Program-made: the position numbers and the translations under genes
In this document: piece by piece, positions 18,698 to 28,320 of the stretch
Layout of the letters: each line of letters starts with the position of its first letter
How positions within the stretch are numbered: position 1 is the stretch's first letter
Virus record (IMG/VR): IMGVR_UViG_3300028384_001500
Location: 124,001 to 188,000 of that record
Direction: 5' to 3' (one strand)
DNA length: 64,000 nucleotides
Notes under the pieces: model-generated
Seen by the model: the letters and a program-made list of their open reading frames with translations, nothing else
What the model was told of the DNA's origin: nothing
Databases searched by the model: none

Positions 18698-19386
18698 TAG
18701 TAAAATACGCCGTGTTGATTTGCAACTTTTTCAGGTAGCTTGTTAAGTCTTTTCATGGTAGGACTAAAATCGCCTTCTTTGCCAGAAACGATATTCATAA
18801 GCCTGTAATAGCCAGGGATATTTTGTAAAGTTTCAATAACATCCCAGTATTCTGGATAATCAGACGACTTAAGTAGTTCTTTAATCTCTACATTCATTTG
18901 ATGTTCAATTTGATCAACATGCTCGGTATAGTCTGTTTTTCCACCGTAATATGGGCTACCTTTTTGAAGGGCTGTATTATCTTTATAAGAATCTCCAACT
19001 TCTATCGCATCAAATGCTTTATCCATTTCATCATGTGCATAATCTCTTAGCGCTAATTCATCTTCGGTAAATCCAAAAGGTTTAAATTCACCTTGATCAC
19101 CAACCATGTCAGCCAATTGTACACCTTGATTCATACTAGCTATTTGTTTTTCATCAAAAGACGATCGTCCACGAGAGTCTATACCGTGTTTTAATCTATC
19201 TGGGGCAAAAGATCTAAGTCTTTCATCACTCTGTGCGTCTAAAAAGTCTTTTTTTGCATCGTGAGTGTGAAAAGCTTTCATGTGAGGACTACCTGGATCG
19301 TTAGTAGTGTCAAATGCATCACCTTCTGGATTAACATAAATTGTTTCTTTGATAAGTTTTCTTAATTGCTTTCTTGTTATTTTCAT
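18697..19386 (-). CDS. Leader-bearing hypothetical protein
   Basis: True start is likely ATG 19386 (MKITRKQLRKLIKET), in ATGA overlap with the upstream stop; the track start 19464 is over-extended. Confidence 0.75.
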   Translation of the reverse strand: MKITRKQLRKLIKETIYVNPEGDAFDTTNDPGSPHMKAFHTHDAKKDFLDAQSDERLRSFAPDRLKHGIDSRGRSSFDEKQIASMNQGVQLADMVGDQGEFKPFGFTEDELALRDYAHDEMDKAFDAIEVGDSYKDNTALQKGSPYYGGKTDYTEHVDQIEHQMNVEIKELLKSSDYPEYWDVIETLQNIPGYYRLMNIVSGKEGDFSPTMKRLNKLPEKVANQHGVFY

Positions 19387-20003
19387 TGTATTTTTACTCC
19401 TAGCCAAAGGCCTTGTGCTGCTTGTCTTACATACCCTTCTAAAAGATGCGCAGGTATAACCCACTTAAGAGGTTTTTGTTCAGGCATTATTCTCATATCT
19501 ATTCTGCCGCGAGTCATTGTGATACGAGTTTCTTGCTGTTTTATATAATTAATCTGACCTCTGTCAGATACTGTAGAAGTGCTTGCAAGGGTCATGTCTG
19601 GGTTAAACAATAGCATTTGCACTACAGTTTCATGATCGTCAATTGTGATAATCGTTATAATCGTTTCAACTAACATATGATTATTTTGATTTGCACATGC
19701 CTTGGCGTCCAATAAATAATTGCAATTATCGTATGCATAATCGATTGTATCTTTATCGTATACTTTAACAATAGATTTTTGTCCTAGGCGATCCCAAGTA
19801 CCTCGATCATTTTTTATTTTTCCGTCTTTCCAGTACGTGCTGTTATAGGCATAGACAGATTTGCTGCTTAAAGTCCCTTCTGTTTCTGCAGATACATTGA
19901 CGATTTTTGGCGTTGATATATACACCTCTAGGCCGCTGTGTTCTTCTACAACAATCGTCGTTTGCGCAAATGCCATTAAAATTATCAAAGCGTATAGTAA
20001 CAT
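19383..20003 (-). CDS. Hypothetical protein with a signal-peptide-like N terminus
   Basis: MLLYALIILMAFAQ; GAGGAG RBS. Confidence 0.7.
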   Translation of the reverse strand: MLLYALIILMAFAQTTIVVEEHSGLEVYISTPKIVNVSAETEGTLSSKSVYAYNSTYWKDGKIKNDRGTWDRLGQKSIVKVYDKDTIDYAYDNCNYLLDAKACANQNNHMLVETIITIITIDDHETVVQMLLFNPDMTLASTSTVSDRGQINYIKQQETRITMTRGRIDMRIMPEQKPLKWVIPAHLLEGYVRQAAQGLWLGVKIQ

Positions 20004-20016
20004 TCATTCTCCTCAT

Positions 20017-20622
20017 TTAATATTCTTCTGAGTCTTCTTCAGGGTCAATTCCAATTGGCTCACCTTTTTTATTTAACATTTTTGGCATTCGAATGTCTCC
20101 TGATGTTAAAGCTTCAAATCCCACGTTAAATTCACTGTATCCGGATTTAATCTCAATATCAAATTCTGCAGCTGCTTGGATCGGTATCTCTGTAATTGCT
20201 CTAAATGTTGCTACGTATTCATTGTAAGGCATGCCGTAACCCTTGATACCCTTCAAGCCGTTCGAATAAGACAGATTTAATTGTTCACCTATATAATTAA
20301 ATAAGATTTGTACACGAGGAATGCTAGAAGTATTTCCTCTTTGTACGCTATAAGGGACTTTATTGTCATCTACATATTTCATTGCTAAAATTAAATCTTT
20401 TACCAGCATCCGATAGAGATCAGGTTTGTATTTAATAAGTGGGTGTATTAGCTTGATAGCATGTTCCATTATTTTGCCAAAAAATAACGCTGACAAAAAG
20501 GGTGGATAAAGTAATGCATTATATGGGGTTTGCTGCACAGACTCCGGATCCCAAGACATCAATTTAATTTGATCATATCCGTCTTCAATTACTTCAAGAC
20601 TAGAAAGCTCATCCATCGGCAA
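20017..20622 (-). CDS. Hypothetical protein, possibly the frameshifted C terminus of 20609..23044
   Basis: No clear RBS; overlaps the upstream ORF; its frame is open further upstream (QVDLAKLLIKYLPMDEL). Confidence 0.55.
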   Translation of the reverse strand: MPMDELSSLEVIEDGYDQIKLMSWDPESVQQTPYNALLYPPFLSALFFGKIMEHAIKLIHPLIKYKPDLYRMLVKDLILAMKYVDDNKVPYSVQRGNTSSIPRVQILFNYIGEQLNLSYSNGLKGIKGYGMPYNEYVATFRAITEIPIQAAAEFDIEIKSGYSEFNVGFEALTSGDIRMPKMLNKKGEPIGIDPEEDSEEY

Positions 20623-23044
20623 ATATTTTATAAGCAGCTTTGCCAGGTCTACTTGAAATACTGTTTATCATTGTTTTGTAAGATTCCTTAACGTCCTCAG
20701 GTTTATTCATGTAACGCATATAATATTGAATCTGTTCTGCAGGATCTGGTATAAAATTCATTTGTTGCACAACACCGCTATCAAGCAATTCTTTTCTAAA
20801 TGGCGTTAATATCCTGCACAATTCTGTATAGTACTTTGTAAATTCAGATATAGCTTTAGATGTACCGATATCAAAACCCGGTATTTTGGCTAGTACAGGC
20901 AACAGATCTCTAAAGACATAATTATACTGCGTGCGAGACCTTAAAAGTGCATCTGTTGCCAACTCAATTAACTCTATTGCCCTAGGAGGAAGTTCGTAAT
21001 CACCTTTAATATGACCCATTATAGGAAAGTGCATCTTAGGTAAAATTGATGCACCCATTTTTATCATATCACCGTCAATATCACTTCCGCTAAATCCATA
21101 GTCTTCTGCTTTCTCAAAAGTCTCTTCCATGATAGGTAAAAATTTATCAAGAATATATTTTTTAACTTCGACACTACTGTTTCCATGATCAAGCATGTTT
21201 TTCATGGCACTAACTAATTCCTTAAGTGCATCAGACATTTGCTTGGACTCAGGTGTAAGATAAAACCCAAATATTTCTTGGATCCTATCATTTAGAACGT
21301 CATCGAATTTACCTGCAAGTATCATTTCTTCAAATTTGCGGTGTGCAGTTCCGACTTGATAGGAACCTGATGTTAATCGCTTTAAAGACTCTGAAATTGC
21401 GGGAATTAACCATGGCAGCTTATGATTGTGAAGAATGCCTTCCATGTTGTCGGTTACTTTAGAAATAAGTAGTTCGCAAATTGATGGATTAAAAACGACA
21501 GATGAAGCGAAAAAATTGGTAAAGAGATTTAAAGATCCTCCTGTAGATCTAAATTGGGATTTTGGTACAAAATCCCACTGGGTTTGATCAGTCATTGGTG
21601 GGTCAAGAAGACCACGCATTTCATAGTCATTTTTTAGTTTTTCAATTATATTATTTCTTTTGTCTTGTGACTCTTTTGAGTGTGGATCAAAAAGAAGGTC
21701 GTCAGTTAGAGTGAGATATGCAATACTTTCTTTAACTTTTTTACTTACTTCTGCATGCGCAGAGCCGATTAGCGATATAACAATATATGGGAATATTCCT
21801 TCTGTTGCCAATTCTGACTGAGCCATTCTGCTGTCTTTAACACGCGGTACATTTCTCATGTAGATATAGTCTAAAACAGAAGAGCTAAGATGAGTACTTC
21901 TAAGAACATTCATTACAAAAGCCATTCGATGGTTTGGTTCAGCTAGTGTTGATAAATGTTCTTTAAAGACTGTTTTGTTTCTTGCACGTGCTCTCAAAGG
22001 TTTTATATCTTGCATACCTATATTTTGTTGCTGTGCCCTATCCTCTTGTGACACACTAGAACCTTCTAAGCCTCCCGGGCCTTTAACAGCAAAGTGACCT
22101 TTAATGTATCTAATTATTTTCTGAGTTGTTTCAGGACCTAAAACTTGAATAAGACTGTCTTCTGTGACGCCATGCTGATTTCCCCAGACACTGGCACCTC
22201 CTGCATTACCAGGAAGCACAATACTGTCTGGGCCTGACCCATTAAAACCAATTGAAAAATTATCATTATATACATTTGGATCATTATAACACTGGTGTTG
22301 TGGGTATAAATTCCTATTGTCGTAAGGCCTGTCAGGTTTTTGTTTGGCTACGTAGTAAAGTGTAATACCTTGTCTAGTATAAGTTTGCCAATGTCCTCCA
22401 TAAACAGTACACCATGCGTTAACACCAATTGCTTGAGCACCTGCCATTGTGTACGGTCTAAGAATATCCCAACCGTCGATTTCCATGTGTCTAATTAGAC
22501 CTAATCCTCCAGAGACGTCTTCGTTTAAGTCCCCACCAATTGCAGCATATTTTTGCGCAATTGCTTCCTCAGCTGCCAATTTAGCATTACCAGAGGAATC
22601 TTCACCTTTAGTCGCTACTCTGTCTTTGCCTACTAGTTTTTCATATGCTTTATTGTTTTTTTGTATAAAGCGAGCATCAATATCGTCAATAATCCCGATT
22701 AGTGTTTTGTAATCAGGAATATTATTAGGATCTAGGTACTCATCGGGTAACACACCTTTTTGCTGGGAGTACTTTTCATGCATAAGCACACAAAAAATAA
22801 TTTGTCCATAGCTAAAATTTTGATATAAAACAAAATTACCGGTCTCATCAGATATAAACTGCCCTATCATTTTATCTAAAAAGCGAAGATACTTGTTTTT
22901 GTTGCGTATCATATTAATCGCTTCTGCATATCCGTACTCCGGCTTATTCATTGCTGGGTATTTATCTAATATGTCTTTGGCTTTAATTTCAAGCAACAAA
23001 GCTTCAAAAATAAGTTTTCTAAAAATTCTACGTGTTAATAACAT
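20609..23044 (-). CDS. Large leader-bearing hypothetical protein
   Basis: MLLTRRIFRKLIFEALLLE; internal AWCTVYGGHWQTY..LYYV motif of a type seen in large-phage proteins. Confidence 0.75.
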   Translation of the reverse strand: MLLTRRIFRKLIFEALLLEIKAKDILDKYPAMNKPEYGYAEAINMIRNKNKYLRFLDKMIGQFISDETGNFVLYQNFSYGQIIFCVLMHEKYSQQKGVLPDEYLDPNNIPDYKTLIGIIDDIDARFIQKNNKAYEKLVGKDRVATKGEDSSGNAKLAAEEAIAQKYAAIGGDLNEDVSGGLGLIRHMEIDGWDILRPYTMAGAQAIGVNAWCTVYGGHWQTYTRQGITLYYVAKQKPDRPYDNRNLYPQHQCYNDPNVYNDNFSIGFNGSGPDSIVLPGNAGGASVWGNQHGVTEDSLIQVLGPETTQKIIRYIKGHFAVKGPGGLEGSSVSQEDRAQQQNIGMQDIKPLRARARNKTVFKEHLSTLAEPNHRMAFVMNVLRSTHLSSSVLDYIYMRNVPRVKDSRMAQSELATEGIFPYIVISLIGSAHAEVSKKVKESIAYLTLTDDLLFDPHSKESQDKRNNIIEKLKNDYEMRGLLDPPMTDQTQWDFVPKSQFRSTGGSLNLFTNFFASSVVFNPSICELLISKVTDNMEGILHNHKLPWLIPAISESLKRLTSGSYQVGTAHRKFEEMILAGKFDDVLNDRIQEIFGFYLTPESKQMSDALKELVSAMKNMLDHGNSSVEVKKYILDKFLPIMEETFEKAEDYGFSGSDIDGDMIKMGASILPKMHFPIMGHIKGDYELPPRAIELIELATDALLRSRTQYNYVFRDLLPVLAKIPGFDIGTSKAISEFTKYYTELCRILTPFRKELLDSGVVQQMNFIPDPAEQIQYYMRYMNKPEDVKESYKTMINSISSRPGKAAYKIFADG

Positions 23045-23062
23045 ACATCTCTCAACTATACT

Positions 23063-23091
23063 AAAAAAGGTTAGAAACCTGTTCTAACCTT
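23063..23091 (-). terminator. Intrinsic terminator
   Basis: AAGGTTAGAA-CAGGT-TTCTAACCTT-TTTT. Confidence 0.75.
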
Positions 23092-23121
23092 AATTATCTG
23101 ATAAACGACGTTTAATCTAGA

Positions 23122-23334
23122 TTACTTTGTCTGTACAAACTGGTATAGTTTATCAGCCTCAGCAATGATTTCTTCAGTGGTTGGCATTGTTGGCCATGTA
23201 ACTGTTGTTGCGTCTAGTAGATCTCTGTCACAAAGATAGCGAATTCTTTCTAGTTCTTGGTGATACTGATTTTGCAAGATACCTTCCGCTTGTGATAATA
23301 AACCCGCTCTAAGGGTATAAGGATTTCCACTCAT
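23122..23334 (-). CDS. Small phage hypothetical protein
   Basis: AGGAGG RBS; NPYTLR..LL..A...PTTEEIIAEADKLYQFV; flanked by terminators. Confidence 0.75.
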   Translation of the reverse strand: MSGNPYTLRAGLLSQAEGILQNQYHQELERIRYLCDRDLLDATTVTWPTMPTTEEIIAEADKLYQFVQTK

Positions 23335-23414
23335 ATTTCCTCCTGTGTGTATGTAGTGTGTGAAATTGTGCGATATGCACGTTAAATATTAGCCTATAAT
23401 AATAAAATGTAAAC

Positions 23415-23446
23415 AAAAAAAGACGCCTTCCGAAGAAGACGCCTCT
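23415..23446 (-). terminator. Terminator after the major capsid gene (cUUCGg loop)
   Basis: AGGCGTCTTC-TTCG-GAAGGCGTCT-TTTTTT. Confidence 0.85.
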
Positions 23447-23468
23447 TTATTACCAGAAGGTGTTTGGA

Positions 23469-25418
23469 TTAGATTACATCCATATCCAAGCAAGTAACTG
23501 TTCCGTAGAAGTCGGCGCGAACCATTTTCTTTCCGTAACGAGTCATTACACCTTTTCTTGGTGTAAAGTCTTCTGGTGCGAAGATCGTTGGAGTTACGAT
23601 TAATGGTACGTACGGAGCATAGACGTATCCAGACTCTAAGTAAGAACCACCTTTGTAACCTACAAGGATCTTGTTGCGTGGGAAGTAAGGATCTTTGTAA
23701 ACAGTAAATCTGTTAGAAAGAGAACCAATTGCTTCAGCACCAATGTTAGAGATAGCTGCTTGACCTTGACCATCAATTTTGATAGAAGGCTTGTACAATA
23801 CAGAAGCTTCGAAGATAGTAGCAACTTCAGGCGAAACCACGATAAAGTTAGCAGAACCACGAAGTGTCTTTCTGTGAATTTCGTTTGCTACGTCGATGAT
23901 GGTTTCAACAAGAGTTTCATACCATTCACGAACTGTACCAGTGAAAGCAGGACCTGGGTTAAGTGAAGAAGTTCTAGCGATTTCTGCACCTGTTCTCTTG
24001 TTAAGGAATTTACCTGGAGAACGCGACCAGAAGAAGTTAGCACCTTTTGCTTCAACCAAGAGGTCGTTAAGGATTTCACGATCGATTTCCAATGCAATCT
24101 GCTCAGAAAGAATTTGAGTCAATTCAACTTCAGCATCCATTGAGTGATATGCATTCAAGTCTTGAGCGAGTTCTGGAGACCAGCGAGCTCTTAACTTACG
24201 AGTTGTAGCTGTAACAGCAATTGACTCGATCTTGATATCAATCTCTGGAATTACCGGTTCTGGTACAGAGTTAAAGTTAGACTCAAATGATGGAATAACT
24301 AAAGTAGTACCTTCGCCACTTGAGGTTTGATTTTGAACTGAGTCAGCAACTGGGAATGAAGCTGTTAAGTGCATTGCAGCATTTAAAACGTCAGCGTCAC
24401 CAGAAGCGCTTCCACCATCAGCGTGTTGCATCACCATCAAGATACCAGTGTTAGCAGCAGTAATGTCAGCTAATGGGTCTGGAGTAAATGTAATCGCATC
24501 ACGAGCACCAGACATAGTTCCTAACTGGTTAAGGCGTCGAACATTAAGAATATTAGTTCCGCCTTGGATAGTTGGACCAGGAACTGTGAAACCGTTAGTT
24601 GTAGTTTCAGCTGAGAAAAGAGCAACTTGCTTAACTTGAGTTGCGTCAAATCTTCTTTCAGTTGATGCATCTTCAATAACACGTGAAGCTGAAAGTACCA
24701 AGAAAGAGTACTCGTTGTCACCGTTGTTGATTCTAGTCAACAATTGTGGATCGAATTGTAGTAATTTAGCATCAGCACCGCTAGTTCCTGCTACGCCTGT
24801 AGAGCTAGCAGATTGAGCTGCACCAGTACCAAAAGAACCGATCATAGCAAGAGGATTTTCAGATTCAACCAATTTATAAGTTCCGTGAACTTTTGAGTAA
24901 GCTGTACCCACCAAATCATATTGACCACCAGTTGCATCAGAACCGGTACGAATAGACTTACCTACTGGATTATTATAGATTGAATCACCGCGTGAGTAAG
25001 TAGAAGCAACAGTATCGGTTAAGTTACCAGCTGCATCAACACCAGCATCACCACCAACGTCAGATCCGTAAGTGTAGTCTAAGTAGAAAAGAAGACCAGA
25101 TGGAAGTGACATAGGCTGGATAGATACTAATTCGTTAGCAACTAATCCACCGAATACACGACGTACGATTGGGAAAGCGATGTTAGTGAAACCATCAATG
25201 TTTGATCCACCGTTACCACCACCTAAAGTGTTTGCCTCACGAAGAACTTGTGCAGCTTGGTTTTCCATTAAGCGTGCCATGTTTTCGCGGCCGTGACCCT
25301 CAAGTCCTCTTAAAAGACCTGTGCGAGTCCATTTTTCTTGAATTCTGCTAGCTTCGGCACCTACGTGACGATCGCGAATCCCTTCAGTTAATTGATTTAA
25401 AGTAAATGATCTACTCAT
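23469..25418 (-). CDS. Major capsid protein (T4 gp23-like)
   Basis: VSIQPMSLPSGLLFYL, TRKLRARWSPELAQDLNAYH, EIDREIL, YAPYVPL, FTPRKGVMTRY. Confidence 0.97.
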   Translation of the reverse strand: MSRSFTLNQLTEGIRDRHVGAEASRIQEKWTRTGLLRGLEGHGRENMARLMENQAAQVLREANTLGGGNGGSNIDGFTNIAFPIVRRVFGGLVANELVSIQPMSLPSGLLFYLDYTYGSDVGGDAGVDAAGNLTDTVASTYSRGDSIYNNPVGKSIRTGSDATGGQYDLVGTAYSKVHGTYKLVESENPLAMIGSFGTGAAQSASSTGVAGTSGADAKLLQFDPQLLTRINNGDNEYSFLVLSASRVIEDASTERRFDATQVKQVALFSAETTTNGFTVPGPTIQGGTNILNVRRLNQLGTMSGARDAITFTPDPLADITAANTGILMVMQHADGGSASGDADVLNAAMHLTASFPVADSVQNQTSSGEGTTLVIPSFESNFNSVPEPVIPEIDIKIESIAVTATTRKLRARWSPELAQDLNAYHSMDAEVELTQILSEQIALEIDREILNDLLVEAKGANFFWSRSPGKFLNKRTGAEIARTSSLNPGPAFTGTVREWYETLVETIIDVANEIHRKTLRGSANFIVVSPEVATIFEASVLYKPSIKIDGQGQAAISNIGAEAIGSLSNRFTVYKDPYFPRNKILVGYKGGSYLESGYVYAPYVPLIVTPTIFAPEDFTPRKGVMTRYGKKMVRADFYGTVTCLDMDVI

Positions 25419-25455
25419 GTTAATTCTCCTTTTGAAAGTAGTTTCTATTTATTTT

Positions 25456-26919
25456 TTATAAACCTGCCAAACGTTGCCATCTACTCAACTCATTGTTGGA
25501 AGACGTTGCGTTTGCCTGTGAAGAAGTAGTTGGGCGAGAAGAACTTCCAAAAACACGAGATTCTGAGATAGTGCTTCTAGTACCACCGGTACTTCTAAAC
25601 GTTTCAGTTAATGACTTATACAAAGATTTTGCTTCAGTCAAAGATTGTGCTTCATCCAAAGCCTTAATAACAGACTTTTTCTGACTTTCGTTAAGACTTT
25701 TGTTCTGCAACAATTTGTTAACATACAAAAGCTTTGCATTAAATAAATTGAGATCTTCCAACTGTTCACGAAGAGAATTAACAGCTCCTCTGTATTTATT
25801 CAGTTTCTCTGACTGAGATCGATTTTGACGTCTCAGCTGGCGAATTGCCTCGTTAAGCTTGTTGATTTGTGGTGGGTTTGTGAACACATCTTGTCCTTCT
25901 TTTCCGCCACCAAAAGCACCCTTAACACCTGCTTTTTTGTTGCCCGTTCCGCCATATGCACCGTTGACACCAGCTTTGCTGCCGCCTTTTCCACCGAAGT
26001 GGTGATCCATTTTACCTTCACGAACTAACCTTTTAACTCTGTTGATTTCTTGGCGAAGAACACGTGGATCAACATTAAAAACTTCGTCCAACTGTTCCTC
26101 TTCACCTTCCGGATCTTCCATGTCCATGCCTTCCATGTCATCCATCTCTGGCATATCCATGTCCATGTCTTCCATACCCATACCAGCACCACCTGCACCA
26201 ACATCTAATTCAAGTTCTGCAATTAGACCTTCAACGGCAGCTGCAACTTCATCTTTTGAAAGCATTGCATCGTCGCCCATGTCTTCACCTTCCATGTCGT
26301 CCATCTCTGGCATATCCATGTCAGCGTCCATTTCTGGTGCTTCTTCTTCGTCTTGTTCTAATAAAGCTGAAAACTGCTCATAAAGTTCTGCCATTTCATC
26401 TGTCTCATCGATGTCATCTTCGTACATGCCCATGCCTTCGTTTGCTTCTTCAGCTTCTAATGATTCCCTTAATGTTCTAAGGTCAACTTCGTAATATTTT
26501 CTAGACATTTTTTCTCCTCTTTTGCTAGATAATTTATTAGCACTTTCATCAAGCTTGTGCGATAAATTTAACAGCTTCTCTCTTTGGTTATCATCCATTG
26601 AGGAAACTGCACCTTTTACAGCACTAAAAAGTGCTTTTTGTGACTTAGACTCATTTAGAGAATCTAAATTTTCTTCACCAATTAAGTTGACTAAAGAAGC
26701 CAATGCTCCTTCGTCAAGATAAACTTCTTCGTCAAGGCTTTCAGAAGTGTCATCATCTTCTGTTTCTTCACTCTCTTTTTCACCTTCAAGCAGCTGCTCT
26801 TCAATAAACTCTCTAATTTGAGGAGTTACTGATTCAAGAATTGCTTTTTTCGCATTTTCTTCTGCAACTTCTTTAAGTTTTTTTGCGTCTGCAATTGCTT
26901 CTTCAAATAATTTGCTCAT
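25456..26919 (-). CDS. Prohead core / scaffold protein (gp22-like)
   Basis: Highly acidic, coiled-coil, many (L/I)xE sites, NLFNAKLLY, C-terminal RWQRLAGL; GAGG RBS favours ATG 26919. Confidence 0.85.
   Translation of the reverse strand: MSKLFEEAIADAKKLKEVAEENAKKAILESVTPQIREFIEEQLLEGEKESEETEDDDTSESLDEEVYLDEGALASLVNLIGEENLDSLNESKSQKALFSAVKGAVSSMDDNQREKLLNLSHKLDESANKLSSKRGEKMSRKYYEVDLRTLRESLEAEEANEGMGMYEDDIDETDEMAELYEQFSALLEQDEEEAPEMDADMDMPEMDDMEGEDMGDDAMLSKDEVAAAVEGLIAELELDVGAGGAGMGMEDMDMDMPEMDDMEGMDMEDPEGEEEQLDEVFNVDPRVLRQEINRVKRLVREGKMDHHFGGKGGSKAGVNGAYGGTGNKKAGVKGAFGGGKEGQDVFTNPPQINKLNEAIRQLRRQNRSQSEKLNKYRGAVNSLREQLEDLNLFNAKLLYVNKLLQNKSLNESQKKSVIKALDEAQSLTEAKSLYKSLTETFRSTGGTRSTISESRVFGSSSRPTTSSQANATSSNNELSRWQRLAGL
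26129..26322. repeat. 35-bp direct repeat (26129..26163 and 26288..26322) encoding DMDMPEMDDMEG
   Basis: ccttccatgtc(a/g)tccatctctggcatatccatgtc occurs twice with one mismatch. Confidence 0.85.
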
Positions 26920-26959
26920 AAGATTAACCTCTGTATGCAATTAATTATTACGATATTTT

Positions 26960-27565
26960 TTAAATATCATAAAAATTGTTATTTATCTCATTAATAAATG
27001 ATCTTAGTCTATTAATATTAGATGTGTGCTTATTCAAGGATCGCTCATGTTGATCAATAATATCGTCTAAAGACATAATATTACTGTCGCTTTCATAGTG
27101 TCGTGGTAAAGGAGCTCTTGAAGTACCGTATTGAGTTGCAGTCATATCAACTCTAGGTCGACTATATATTTTTGGGTATGTCGTAGATGACATAGAAGTC
27201 TTTGTAACCTTTTGCCCTTTAGAACCTCTATAAGTTAAATTAGGTGACAACCCTTGTACAACCGTGTTTGTGTGGTTGCTATACTCTGCCAAGTTTGTAT
27301 ATGCACCGGTATAATTGCTTTGACGGTTTGCCTTGTGACCAATGTCTACATAAGGTCTATTACCATCTATTTTTGAGATTATATCTATATCTTCGTCTTC
27401 TATGTCTTCGACGTCATAAGTGTCAGGCTCATCATATATTCCATAATCGCCCCCTAAAGAATACTCGCTGCCCAAAGGTCCATTTTTGAGTTGACCGTAA
27501 CCTTGCCCAAGTTTTGAGTCGGCAGGGCCAAAATATAATTCATATAATTTGCTACGCTTTCCCAT
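26960..27565 (-). CDS. Hypothetical head-region protein
   Basis: 201-aa ORF in the head operon. Confidence 0.65.
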   Translation of the reverse strand: MGKRSKLYELYFGPADSKLGQGYGQLKNGPLGSEYSLGGDYGIYDEPDTYDVEDIEDEDIDIISKIDGNRPYVDIGHKANRQSNYTGAYTNLAEYSNHTNTVVQGLSPNLTYRGSKGQKVTKTSMSSTTYPKIYSRPRVDMTATQYGTSRAPLPRHYESDSNIMSLDDIIDQHERSLNKHTSNINRLRSFINEINNNFYDI

Positions 27566-28064
27566 CAGAACCCAAATAAGATCTACCAGAAATATAATTA
27601 CCTAGTAATGTTTGTTTAGCTATTTCTTTAGATGTTTCTGAAGGTGATACTAATCCTCCTTTTCCGCTACCAAACTCTATGTTAAATTGAGGGTTTGGTA
27701 ATTCACCTGCATACTCAGGCATGTCAGCAGCATTAATACTACCTGGCCCAGGAGACGTCAAGTTAGGAACATAAGGCGAAGCAGGAAGACCTCCTCCACC
27801 CGTTTCTACATCTTCTAAATTAGGAACTGGATTTTGTGAATTACCTTTAAAATCTCGATCAAAAGAATTTATACCGTGACCGTTGACAACAACACCATCT
27901 AAAGCTAGTTTTTGATACAGTTTTTTTCTTTCTTCGTCTGTCATTTCGCCAGTTAGAATAGGAGAGTGTGGAAAAGATGCTTTGATGTTTGCGTCATTTC
28001 TTGCACCTTTTGATTTATTAGGAGCCGGCGAAGTCTGTACTATTGTCTGTCTTTGTTCTGGCAT
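27552..28064 (-). CDS. Hypothetical Pro/Gly-rich head-region protein
   Basis: GGGGLPASPYVPNLTSPGPGS; operonic position. Confidence 0.7.
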   Translation of the reverse strand: MPEQRQTIVQTSPAPNKSKGARNDANIKASFPHSPILTGEMTDEERKKLYQKLALDGVVVNGHGINSFDRDFKGNSQNPVPNLEDVETGGGGLPASPYVPNLTSPGPGSINAADMPEYAGELPNPQFNIEFGSGKGGLVSPSETSKEIAKQTLLGNYISGRSYLGSDGKA

Positions 28065-28065
28065 T

Positions 28066-28275
28066 TTATTTTCCTTTGATCTTTTTGATTAAAACTTTTT
28101 TCATTTCATGAAGTTGCTTAGCTTCCTTTAAAGACTTCATTTGATAATTTTTTATCTTCTTTAAAAGGCGCAAAGATTCAAGGAGTTTTTTATTTTGCTC
28201 CATTTCAATTTTTTGACGCTCTTCTTTAATTAGTCTTTTAATAGTTTGTGGTGTCAGCTTAAAAACTTTTCTCAT
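28066..28275 (-). CDS. Small basic protein with a leader-like N terminus
   Basis: KLTPQTIKRLIKEE; AGGAG RBS. Confidence 0.7.
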   Translation of the reverse strand: MRKVFKLTPQTIKRLIKEERQKIEMEQNKKLLESLRLLKKIKNYQMKSLKEAKQLHEMKKVLIKKIKGK

Positions 28276-28320
28276 GACAATTCTCCTGTTTGCATCAATA
28301 AGTATCTATAAAAACAAAAT

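Noticed and set aside
26129-26322. Direct repeats as a CRISPR array or attachment site
   Set aside because: Only two copies, in frame, inside the low-complexity region of the scaffold.
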